56,788 nt of DNA from Actinomycetota bacterium. Lineage in GTDB: Bacteria > Actinomycetota > Actinomycetes > S36-B12. Both the position numbers and the translations under genes were made by a program. Shown here in pieces: positions 48,892 to 56,788 of this stretch. Each line of letters opens with the position of its first letter. Position 1 is the stretch's first letter. The notes beneath the pieces were generated by a model. That model ran no database searches. It saw nothing but the letters and a program-made list of their open reading frames with translations, and was not told the DNA's origin. The stretch covers positions 1 through 56,788 of the forward strand of contig WLLZ01000001.1 of assembly GCA_009700485.1 (NCBI GenBank). The letters are read 5' to 3'.

Positions 48892-49548
48892 GTGGCTCGT
48901 ATGAGTGGTGATGAGCGAACTGTTGTACATCTGCTCCGGCATGGCGAGGTATTCAACCCAGACGGTGTCCTCTATGGCCGCCTTCCAGGTTATGTCCTTT
49001 CTGATCTTGGGCAGGTGATGGCAACGCGTGCGGCAGCGGCCTTGGCCAACAACGACGTTACCGCTGTTATCGCATCGCCGATGGAGCGGGCTCAGCAAAC
49101 CGCGCAGCCCATTGCGGCAAAGCACGGATTAACTATTCAAACCGAGCCATTGCTGATTGAAGCTGACAATATCTTTGAGGGTCAGCGGGTTAGCGTCGGT
49201 GACGGAGTGTTGAAACAGCCAAAGACGTGGCGCCACCTCTGGAACCCATTTCGTCCATCCTGGGGTGAGCCATATGACGAAGTGGCCTCGCGAATGACGG
49301 CTGCGGTTCATGCGGCACGTGATCAAGTTCGCGGCCACGAAGCGGTTTTGGTCAGCCATCAATTGCCTATTTGGGTGGCACGCCTAGCTGCCGAAGACCG
49401 CCGGCTTTGGCATGACCCGCGTAGCCGGCAGTGCACACTTGCTTCACTAACTTCGTTGACGTATGAAAATGACGACCTGGTAGCAATCACCTATACCGAG
49501 CCCTCACGTGATCTTCTGGCGAAGGCCAGCAAGGTCGCCGGCGCATAG
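48892..49548 (+). CDS. histidine phosphatase family protein (phosphoglycerate-mutase-like)
   Basis: VVHLLRHGEV RHG motif and ...VLVSHQLPI.... Start is GTG 48892 or ATG 48901. Confidence 0.8.
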   Translation: MARMSGDERTVVHLLRHGEVFNPDGVLYGRLPGYVLSDLGQVMATRAAAALANNDVTAVIASPMERAQQTAQPIAAKHGLTIQTEPLLIEADNIFEGQRVSVGDGVLKQPKTWRHLWNPFRPSWGEPYDEVASRMTAAVHAARDQVRGHEAVLVSHQLPIWVARLAAEDRRLWHDPRSRQCTLASLTSLTYENDDLVAITYTEPSRDLLAKASKVAGA

Positions 49549-49553
49549 CTGCC

Positions 49554-50147
49554 ATGATGCACCGCAGCATTCTCCGATTAGTGTTGCCGCTCATCGCCGG
49601 AAGCACGCTGTTCTTAATCACCGCATGCGGTAGTGGCGAGCCGGCTTCACCCGCCGGAGTTGATGCCGGGTTCGTGGCCGGCGATGGTTCGATCGTGGTT
49701 TTGCCCGTAGCTGGGCGGCAGCCAGCACCTGCACTTATCGGCCCCACCCTTGAGGGCGGCACTTTTGACCTGGGCATGGTTAAAGGTCAGGTGGTAGTAC
49801 TAAATGTTTGGGCGTCCTGGTGTGCACCATGTCGAGCCGAAGCCCCGGCCCTCGAAGCTGCCTGGTTGAAGTTTGCTGGCAAAGATGTTCAATTCATCGG
49901 GCTCAATACCCGGGATTCACCGAAGTCTGCAGAGGCATTCGTCAATCGGTTCAAGGTGACGTATCCCAGCCTCATCGACACCGATGGGCAATTGCAATTG
50001 TTGTTTCGCGACACCTTGCCACCGCAAGCAATTCCGTCGACCCTGATCATCGATAGGCAAGGCCGAGTGGCGGCGCGCGCGCTCGGCACGGTAAGTGAGT
50101 CATCCCTTCGCGCCCTGATCGAGCCACTCTTGGAAGAGCAGCCGTGA
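49554..50147 (+). CDS. resA: TlpA/ResA-type thiol-disulfide oxidoreductase lipoprotein
   Basis: Lipobox LITACGSG and thioredoxin CxxC motif WASWCAPC. Confidence 0.85.
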   Translation: MMHRSILRLVLPLIAGSTLFLITACGSGEPASPAGVDAGFVAGDGSIVVLPVAGRQPAPALIGPTLEGGTFDLGMVKGQVVVLNVWASWCAPCRAEAPALEAAWLKFAGKDVQFIGLNTRDSPKSAEAFVNRFKVTYPSLIDTDGQLQLLFRDTLPPQAIPSTLIIDRQGRVAARALGTVSESSLRALIEPLLEEQP

Positions 50148-50881
50148 TCGGTGACCTGATGGCGAGTGGGTCTCTCCTATTTGCTTTTCCGGTGGCCTTT
50201 GCCGCGGGCCTTATAGCGTTCCTTAGCCCCTGCGTGCTGCCTTTGGCCCCCGGGTACGTGTCGTATATGACCGGCTTGACCGGGGCCGAACTGGCCGATG
50301 GACGCAAGAGTCGCATGCTGCTGGGCAGTGTGCTTTTCGTGCTCGGCTTTAGTGTGGTTTTTGTTTCCTTTGGAGCATTCTTCGGCGGCGTAGGTTCGGT
50401 CCTCCTGCAATATCAAGATGTCATTACCCGGGTGCTTGGGGTTGTGGTCATCATCATGGGGCTGGCTTTTATGGGTTTGATCCCAGGGTTACAACGCGAG
50501 TGGCGTATTCACCGACTGCCAAACTGGGGGGTTGCTGGTGCACCCATCCTTGGGGTGTTGTTCGGTTTGGGCTGGACCCCATGTATAGGTCCAACCCTCG
50601 CTGCAGTGCAGACCCTCGCCTTCACCGAAGCCAGCGCCCTGCGCGGCGCCTTGCTTTCATTTGTCTACTGCCTTGGCCTCGGGGTGCCTTTCGTTTTACT
50701 CGCTGTGCTGTTCAACCGAACCGCTCGCGGACTGGCTTGGGTCAAAGGTCACTACTTGTTGGTGATGCGTATCGGTGGGGGCATGTTAGTTATTGTCGGG
50801 GTGCTTCTGGTGACAGGAGCCTGGACAGATTTCACGATTTGGCTCCGCACTTCGGTACCAACTTTTGAGACGGTGCTCTAG
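50144..50881 (+). CDS. ccdA: cytochrome c biogenesis thiol-reductant transporter CcdA
   Basis: Six TM segments with conserved Cys in FLSPCVLPL and GWTPCIGP. Confidence 0.88.
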   Translation: MIGDLMASGSLLFAFPVAFAAGLIAFLSPCVLPLAPGYVSYMTGLTGAELADGRKSRMLLGSVLFVLGFSVVFVSFGAFFGGVGSVLLQYQDVITRVLGVVVIIMGLAFMGLIPGLQREWRIHRLPNWGVAGAPILGVLFGLGWTPCIGPTLAAVQTLAFTEASALRGALLSFVYCLGLGVPFVLLAVLFNRTARGLAWVKGHYLLVMRIGGGMLVIVGVLLVTGAWTDFTIWLRTSVPTFETVL

Positions 50882-52441
50882 ATGTCCAAACAGGCACCGA
50901 CCCTGCCACCCATGGGCGCACTTGGATTCCTTCGATTTACCTGGCGCCAGTTAACCAGCATGAAGACCGCTTTGATTTTGCTATTTTTGCTGGCAATCGC
51001 AAGCGTGCCGGGGTCAATATTTCCGCAGCGAGGTAATAACCCGTTGCGAGTTAACGAGTGGATTGCTGACAGCCAAACCTTTGGACCCGTCTTCGATGCA
51101 TTTGGATTTTTCGATGTTTATTCCTCGCCATGGTTCGCGGCTGTGTATTTACTGCTTTTTATCTCGCTGATTGGTTGTGTATTACCTCGGACGAAGGTGC
51201 ATTGGCGAGCCATGTTTGCCCCCCCGCCTCCGGCGCCACGCAATCTACTTCGACTGCCAGAGTCGATGTCATTTGAAGTCAGCGCTCCCGCCGATGAAGT
51301 TTTAGCGCGCGGCCGTAAGTATTTATCAGGTAGACGCTGGCGCCTGCTGGTAGCCGAAAACTCCGTAGCAGCCGAAAAGGGCTATCTGCGCGAGACTGGA
51401 AACCTGCTGTTCCATTTCTCGCTAATCTTGATTTTAGTTGCCATCGCCCTTGGCGGTCTTTTTGGCTGGAAAGGCAATGTCATCGTTCGCACGGGGCAAG
51501 GGTTTTCCAATACTTTGACCCAATATGACGCTTGGGGCGGTGGGCGATTCACCGGGGCATCGCGGTTGTCACCGTTTGCGTTCACCCTCGATAAGTTCAA
51601 TGTTGAATTCGATCGGAGTGAGGCCCAGCGGGGTTCTCCGAAACTATTCGAAGCTGATGTGACCTATCGCGGCTCACCGGGCGCCGCTGCTGAGAATGCT
51701 CGCATCGAAGTTAATATTCCGCTTGAGATCGATGGTGCAAAAGTCTTTTTGGTCGGTCACGGTTATGCACCGCATTTTGTAGTACGAGATGCGGGTGGTG
51801 AAATAACATTTGACGACACCGTCGTCTTCTTGCCGCAGGATGGCAATTTTACGTCTACCGGAGTGGTAAAAATCCCGGATTCGGACCCGCGGTTGGGTTT
51901 CCAGGGTATTTTCGTACCAACCGCAGCGTCAAATAACTTGCGTGGACCGATTTCGACATTCCCTGGCCCGGATGATCCTGCCGTTTTCATGTCGGCGTGG
52001 CGCGGCGATTTGGGGCTAGATAATGGTGCACCGCAAAGTGTGTACCGACTAGATACCGCGGCCATGGAGCAGATCGGAATCGTGGCTTTACGCCAAGGTC
52101 AAACTTGGACCCTTCCCGATGGTTCGGGGTCTATTGCCTTCACTGGCTTTGAGCGTTGGGCGTCATTTCAGATCGCATACGATCCGGGCAAGGAGGTTGC
52201 CTTACTTGGAGCTGTGCTGGCAATCAGCGGCTTACTATTGTCACTATTCATTCGTAGACGTCGAGTTTGGATCACTGCGACGACCAATTCCGAAGGCGTT
52301 ACTGTGGTGCACCTTGCAGGGTTGGCGCGCATTGAATCTGCTGATCTGCCCGGTGAACTAGAGTTGATTCGCGGTGCCGTCAGTGATTTACCGGACACCG
52401 CGTCGGCAACATCTACTAACGAAACTAGGGAGCAAAAGTGA
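50882..52441 (+). CDS. resB: cytochrome c biogenesis protein ResB/Ccs1
   Basis: N-terminal FLRFTWRQLTSMKTALILLFLLAIASVPGSIFPQR is typical of ResB. Large extracytoplasmic domain and a C-terminal TM segment. Confidence 0.88.
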   Translation: MSKQAPTLPPMGALGFLRFTWRQLTSMKTALILLFLLAIASVPGSIFPQRGNNPLRVNEWIADSQTFGPVFDAFGFFDVYSSPWFAAVYLLLFISLIGCVLPRTKVHWRAMFAPPPPAPRNLLRLPESMSFEVSAPADEVLARGRKYLSGRRWRLLVAENSVAAEKGYLRETGNLLFHFSLILILVAIALGGLFGWKGNVIVRTGQGFSNTLTQYDAWGGGRFTGASRLSPFAFTLDKFNVEFDRSEAQRGSPKLFEADVTYRGSPGAAAENARIEVNIPLEIDGAKVFLVGHGYAPHFVVRDAGGEITFDDTVVFLPQDGNFTSTGVVKIPDSDPRLGFQGIFVPTAASNNLRGPISTFPGPDDPAVFMSAWRGDLGLDNGAPQSVYRLDTAAMEQIGIVALRQGQTWTLPDGSGSIAFTGFERWASFQIAYDPGKEVALLGAVLAISGLLLSLFIRRRRVWITATTNSEGVTVVHLAGLARIESADLPGELELIRGAVSDLPDTASATSTNETREQK

Positions 52442-53406
52442 GTTCGACGCAATTGGCCGCGGCGAGCAACGCAGCGGTATACGCCTCAATGGTTACCTTA
52501 ACTTTTGCAATGGTGTCCTTTGCGATTTCATTTGCCTCTGGCCGGCGCCGAGTCGCTGTAGTGGCACCTGCGCCGGTCGAAATAAATTCGTCAGGTAGCA
52601 CGGCCGTGTTAACCAAGTCGGCGGTGTTAACGACGTCGGCCGGAGGCGCGCCGCCCGATGACCAAACCGGTAGACGTTCGGCAAATATCGGTATGTCCTT
52701 AACGTGGTTGGGTTTCGTGTTGCTGCTCGCTGGAGTGGTGTTGCGCGGAGTGTGGGCGGGACGAGTGCCATGGGGAAACATGTACGAATTCTCGATCACC
52801 GCAGCATTGGGAATTCTCGGAGTGTTTTTACTTATTTCACTACGCCGAGACGTGCGCTGGCTCGGCCTTTTTATTGTTATCCCAGCGCTGTTGACCTTGG
52901 GCCTAGCGGTGACGGTGCTTTACACCGAGGCGGCTCAATTGGTGCCTGCGTTGAAGTCCTATTGGCTGATCATTCACGTGTCGGCGGCGATCATCTGCTC
53001 GGGCGCATTCACGCTGGCGGCTGCCACCGCTGGGCTGGCATTGGTCCAATCACGAGCAGAGCGGCGCGGTAAGTCTGGCCTTGCGCGGGTGCCTTCGGCT
53101 GAAAAACTGCGTACTTTGACTTATCGAATACTCGCATTCGCGTTTCCGCTCTGGACTTTTGCGGTAGTCGCTGGAGCCATCTGGGCGGAAAATGCGTGGG
53201 GCCGGTATTGGGGGTGGGATCCAAAGGAGACTTGGGCATTTATCACTTGGGTTATCTACGCTGCATATTTGCACGCCCGCTCAACGGTTGGCTGGCGCGG
53301 AGACCGGGCCTCCTGGGTTGCTATCGCGGGCTGGGCGGCCTTCATCATTAACTATTTCGGGGTGAACATCTTTATTAACAGCTTGCACTCGTACTCAGGG
53401 GTTTAG
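52438..53406 (+). CDS. ccsB: cytochrome c biogenesis protein CcsB/ResC (System II heme handling)
   Basis: Trp-rich WWD motif WGRYWGWDPKETWAFITW. GTGA overlap with resB. Confidence 0.9.
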   Translation: MSSTQLAAASNAAVYASMVTLTFAMVSFAISFASGRRRVAVVAPAPVEINSSGSTAVLTKSAVLTTSAGGAPPDDQTGRRSANIGMSLTWLGFVLLLAGVVLRGVWAGRVPWGNMYEFSITAALGILGVFLLISLRRDVRWLGLFIVIPALLTLGLAVTVLYTEAAQLVPALKSYWLIIHVSAAIICSGAFTLAAATAGLALVQSRAERRGKSGLARVPSAEKLRTLTYRILAFAFPLWTFAVVAGAIWAENAWGRYWGWDPKETWAFITWVIYAAYLHARSTVGWRGDRASWVAIAGWAAFIINYFGVNIFINSLHSYSGV

Positions 53407-53430
53407 GTCTAAGTCGCACTTAGGCAGGCA

Positions 53431-53733
53431 TTAAGCCTCGCCGCGGCGCTCGCGCATGCGTCGGCGCCACGCCTCTTCGTCAAGGCCCTTTAAGAATTTG
53501 GGGTCATCATCTGGGGCAATTGGCCCACGGCGCCGAAATAAGCCACCGGAAGCAGGTCGCGGACGGCCCAGGAAGAACCACAAGATCCCACCGATTAACG
53601 GAATGAGCACCACCAGTGCCAACCAGAGCATCTTTGGCAGGGTGCGGGCTTCAAGCCGTGGGGTGCGCAGCACATCAATGATGAATGAGATGTACATCGC
53701 GACGAGAACCAAAACTCCAAGGACCCGCAGCAT
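53431..53733 (-). CDS. small membrane protein with PLD-N-terminal-like (PLDc_N) domain
   Basis: Trimmed to ATG 53733 (GGAGG 7 nt upstream). MLRVLGVLVLVAMYISFIIDVLRT...KMLWLALVVLIPLIGGILWFFLGRP. Confidence 0.7.
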   Translation of the reverse strand: MLRVLGVLVLVAMYISFIIDVLRTPRLEARTLPKMLWLALVVLIPLIGGILWFFLGRPRPASGGLFRRRGPIAPDDDPKFLKGLDEEAWRRRMRERRGEA

Positions 53734-53863
53734 GAGCACACCTCCCAGTTCATCGTAATTCAAGGATTCAGGTAATGGTTTATAGAAATAATAACGCTTG
53801 CCCACGCATATTAACGAACACCCGTGGCATTCGCCAGCCGCGGTCTCGGGTTAGAGCCACCGG

Positions 53864-54229
53864 GTGCCGTACTCTGTTAACGTGAGAACATCGGGGTGGG
53901 CGGTTATTCGCTTCACCGTACTTCGATTGTTGCTCTTTGGATTCGTGTGGCTGCTTATTCAATTAACCACCCCACTTCGGGGCCTGCTGGCCGCCGTGGT
54001 TGCGCTGCTGATCTCCGGGGTCATAAGCGTGGCTGTGCTTGATCGGCAGCGCGCTGCAATGGGCGCAGTTTTATCCGGCTTCTTCGGCCGGATTAATGCT
54101 CGCATCGATGCATCAACACGCGCAGAAGACGAAGCAGACGATACCCAGAGATTAAGCGAGCAACTAGGCCGGAGGCTAGGCGAGGGCGATCAAGATACCC
54201 AAGCCGAGACCGTAGAAAAGAACGAGTAA
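53864..54229 (+). CDS. DUF4229-like small membrane protein
   Basis: Two TM segments (IRFTVLRLLLFGFVWLLIQL / LLAAVVALLISGVISVAVL) followed by an acidic tail. Alternative start is GTG 53882. Confidence 0.6.
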   Translation: MPYSVNVRTSGWAVIRFTVLRLLLFGFVWLLIQLTTPLRGLLAAVVALLISGVISVAVLDRQRAAMGAVLSGFFGRINARIDASTRAEDEADDTQRLSEQLGRRLGEGDQDTQAETVEKNE

Positions 54230-55045
54230 TCCAGTCTGCTTCAGCGCCGGGATCAGCGCCGGCCCGGTTGCGCCACTAAGAATCAAGCGAATCGGTGCAA
54301 TGAGCAAGATGACAAGCGCTAAGAGAACCAGCCAAGAGGTAAGTGCCGCAGTGATCAGCGTCGTGATTGCTGTGGTGATGATGCACGCAACATAAAGTGT
54401 GCGGGTGCGCTGGTCGCCAATTCGAACTGCGAGTGTGTTCTTGCCGGCTTGCTGGTCACTTGGTAGATCGCGCAGGTTATTGGTGACAAGAACTGCGCAG
54501 GCAAGTGTGCCGACACCTATGGAGGCGATAAACGCCGCGAGGGTAATCGTGCCCGCCTGCACGTAGCAGGTTCCTACCACGGGCACCAGGCCGAAAAAGA
54601 TAAGGACGAACACCTCGCCAAGACCGTGGTAGCCGTATGGTTTTGGGCCACCGGTATAAAGCCAGGCGGCGCTCACGCAGGCAAGGCCAACGAGAAGCAG
54701 CCACCATGCTTGGGTAGCGATCACCAGTGCCAGCCCGGCAAGGCACGCGATGCCGAACGCAATAAGAGCGGCTAGGCGAACACTTCTAGGGCTGGCCATA
54801 CCCTGACCTACCAGCCGAACCGGGCCAACGCGATTGTTATCCGTGCCGCGGATTCCATCGCTGTAGTCATTCGCAAAGTTGACACCAATTTGCAGGGCTA
54901 ATGCGACCAATAACGCCAAACAGGCACGGCCAATTCGCAGCGAGTCAGCATTGATGGCTAGGCCGGTTCCGACAACCACCGGTGCGATTGCCGCGGGTAA
55001 AGTGCGCGGACGCGATCCTTCGACCCATTGTCCTAGCGTTGCCAT
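54176..55045 (-). CDS. menA: 1,4-dihydroxy-2-naphthoate polyprenyltransferase
   Basis: UbiA-family NDYSDGIRGTD motif in a multi-TM protein. Confidence 0.9.
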   Translation of the reverse strand: MATLGQWVEGSRPRTLPAAIAPVVVGTGLAINADSLRIGRACLALLVALALQIGVNFANDYSDGIRGTDNNRVGPVRLVGQGMASPRSVRLAALIAFGIACLAGLALVIATQAWWLLLVGLACVSAAWLYTGGPKPYGYHGLGEVFVLIFFGLVPVVGTCYVQAGTITLAAFIASIGVGTLACAVLVTNNLRDLPSDQQAGKNTLAVRIGDQRTRTLYVACIITTAITTLITAALTSWLVLLALVILLIAPIRLILSGATGPALIPALKQTGLLVLFYGLGLGILIALA

Positions 55046-56241
55046 GGAAGCCTTCCCGATTGCGTTGCGATCATGCTGATTACTTCGCGATCAATTTTGC
55101 CATTTGGCAACATTGGCAGCTCGGTTTGAACGATGACATGACAAGGTACCGCTGCCGGCCCAAGTCGTTGTTGCACGATCGCTTTTACGACGGCTTCAAT
55201 TGTTGAGGTCGAAGAGGTCTCGACCGCGGCGACAATCGAAGTTTCGTCACTAGGGCCCGCCATGGGTAGCACCAACACGGCTGTCACCTCAGGAATATCG
55301 CTGATCACCTTTTCGACCGCACCAGCTGAAACGTTCACGCCATTGATATTTATCACGTCGTCAGCGCGTCCTAGGATCGTTACGAACCCGTCGGCATCGA
55401 CGCTGCCATGGTCACTGGTGATAAACCCGGCGGCGGTGAAGTGCAGTTTGGTCAATTTCGGTTCAAGCCGGTAACCGGTTGCCAACATAGGCCCGCTGAT
55501 TACCAAGGTGCTGGAGGATTCCGAATAATTTTCTACCTTCACTCCGCGCAGCGGGCGACCGTCAAAAACGCAGCCACCAGATGTCTCAGTCATGCCGTAC
55601 GAGGTCACCAGGTGAACTTGGTTGTCCTGGGCGCTAGCGCGGGTGCTGGCTGCCAAAGGTCCAGCGCCGATCAGAACCAGCGCACAAGCTTGTAGTGCAG
55701 CGACACCTACGTCGTCAGCAAGCAGGCGGCGAAGCTGGGCAGCGACCAGTGAAACGTGGATTTGGGCTCCGCTTGCTCTTTCTACAGCGTCTGCGAAAAC
55801 TGCTGACGTAAATGGCTGCGCACCACCAAGGCTAGCGACCGCAATTGGATCTCTCCCACTTGCTAGTGCACGTACGGCGACATTAAATCCACCCATCGAA
55901 TGCAATGGAAGCGTTGCAATCCACTGGGCGTTGGCACCGTTCACCACGTTGTCCAGCGCGGTTAGCCCGGCCGCCGTGAGCAGCACGCCTTTAGGCTGAC
56001 CCATTGAGCCGGAAGTGGCCAACACCACCGCGACCTCGTCAGATTCAAGGGGCTGGCTTACGTCATCGGGTAAACTCGCAGCACGTAATCGACCGACGTA
56101 CTCGGTAGAGATGGTCGAACTAACCATTGGCAGGGGGGTAATTGCCGGGCCGACTCCAGTGAGAGCCATGCGCAATGGGTCCAGCAACGCTGTGAGGCCA
56201 GCGGGGCCCGGTGGCACTAGAACTGAAGTCAATGGACGCAT
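55033..56241 (-). CDS. menE: o-succinylbenzoate--CoA ligase
   Basis: AMP-binding motif [18 protein letters not shown] and [10 protein letters not shown]. Trimmed to ATG 56241 because the longer track ORF would run through the divergent menB start. Alternative start is at 56280. Confidence 0.8.
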   Translation of the reverse strand: MRPLTSVLVPPGPAGLTALLDPLRMALTGVGPAITPLPMVSSTISTEYVGRLRAASLPDDVSQPLESDEVAVVLATSGSMGQPKGVLLTAAGLTALDNVVNGANAQWIATLPLHSMGGFNVAVRALASGRDPIAVASLGGAQPFTSAVFADAVERASGAQIHVSLVAAQLRRLLADDVGVAALQACALVLIGAGPLAASTRASAQDNQVHLVTSYGMTETSGGCVFDGRPLRGVKVENYSESSSTLVISGPMLATGYRLEPKLTKLHFTAAGFITSDHGSVDADGFVTILGRADDVININGVNVSAGAVEKVISDIPEVTAVLVLPMAGPSDETSIVAAVETSSTSTIEAVVKAIVQQRLGPAAVPCHVIVQTELPMLPNGKIDREVISMIATQSGRLPWQR

Positions 56242-56278
56242 CGCACCGAGCGTAGGACCTCGCGATAGCGTTCCCGAC

Positions 56279-56788
56279 ATGGATACCCGAACCAGATACT
56301 TATTGCCCCCGGTAGTACCTGCTGGTTCACCGGCATTATCCGACCCCTCGTACTCGTCGATTAATCCCGGCTGCGAGTGGCGGCAGATCGGTGAGTACCG
56401 AGATATTCGGCTTGAGGTTTCGACGGGCGAAGACGTCGGTATCGCCAAAATAACAATCAACAGGCCAGAGAAGCGCAATGCGTTTAGACCGCCGACCCTC
56501 TTCGAGCTCAGTGATGCACTTAATTACGCACGTGATGACGATTCAATCGGCGTTATCATCTTGACCGGGCAGGGCGACTGGGCATTTTGCTCCGGTGGAG
56601 ATCAGATCATTCGCGGTAATGATGGCTACATCGGCGACGATGAAGTCGCCAAGCGCGGTGTTGGTCGGTTAAATGTCCTGGATCTCCAGGTCCAAATTCG
56701 CCGCACACCGAAGCCGGTTATTGCCATGGTCGCCGGTTACGCCATTGGTGGCGGACATGTGCTGCACGTGGTTTGTGATTTGACCATA
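56279..56788 (+). CDS. menB: 1,4-dihydroxy-2-naphthoyl-CoA synthase, N-terminal 170 codons; continues past the window end
   Basis: Hand translation is open to the last base: ...[27 protein letters not shown]...[16 protein letters not shown]...[25 protein letters not shown] (crotonase/MenB signature). Absent from the ORF track because no stop lies within the window. Confidence 0.88.
   Translation, partial: MDTRTRYLLPPVVPAGSPALSDPSYSSINPGCEWRQIGEYRDIRLEVSTGEDVGIAKITINRPEKRNAFRPPTLFELSDALNYARDDDSIGVIILTGQGDWAFCSGGDQIIRGNDGYIGDDEVAKRGVGRLNVLDLQVQIRRTPKPVIAMVAGYAIGGGHVLHVVCDLTI

Overview
This looks like a compact, moderately high-GC actinobacterial chromosome segment. The markers for that are mshB, ribosomal protein bS22, Rex, a BldC-like HTH protein, System II cytochrome c maturation genes and menaquinone genes. 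It is almost entirely conserved housekeeping genes, and many neighbours are joined by 4-nt ATGA/GTGA start/stop overlaps. Gene order: uppS' - phoH2 - Rpf-like - fumarase I - glpX - DUF4245 - xseBA - ispH - rmuC - ychF | typA - Opp/Dpp-type peptide ABC transporter - S9 peptidase - mshB - VanW - cysS - fdx - dapC - gltA | radA - ppx - P-type ATPase - TetR - proline dehydrogenase - proC - HTH - bS22 - epimerase - acyltransferase - HAD - acyl-CoA ligase - rex - cobA/hemD - resA/ccdA/resB/ccsB - menA - menE - menB'. I found no tRNA, rRNA, CRISPR array, transposase, integrase, prophage or recognisable defence island, and no convincing novel multi-gene system. The unexplained signals are all small and sit at junctions between conserved blocks. 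(1) Two tandem small-peptide cassettes on the minus strand at 11.8-12.5 kb have a near-identical leader, a hypervariable core and a conserved CFEGNEE tail; one copy is below the ORF-track cutoff. (2) A 73-aa ORF at 31.9 kb has serine at exactly every third residue for 21 consecutive triplets. (3) Six 31-bp direct repeats end in a perfect 8-5-8 palindrome just upstream of a TetR gene. (4) hemA/hemC/hemB/hemL are missing from a locus where they are normally syntenic, although cobA/hemD and cytochrome c maturation genes remain. Lesser items are a decayed VOC gene, a 26-bp perfect hairpin and a possible c-di-AMP riboswitch. Two edge-truncated genes (uppS at the 5' end, menB at the 3' end) and two sub-60-aa genes (bS22, peptide copy B) are absent from the ORF track. 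All functional calls rest on motif recognition by eye, and start codons are often uncertain.
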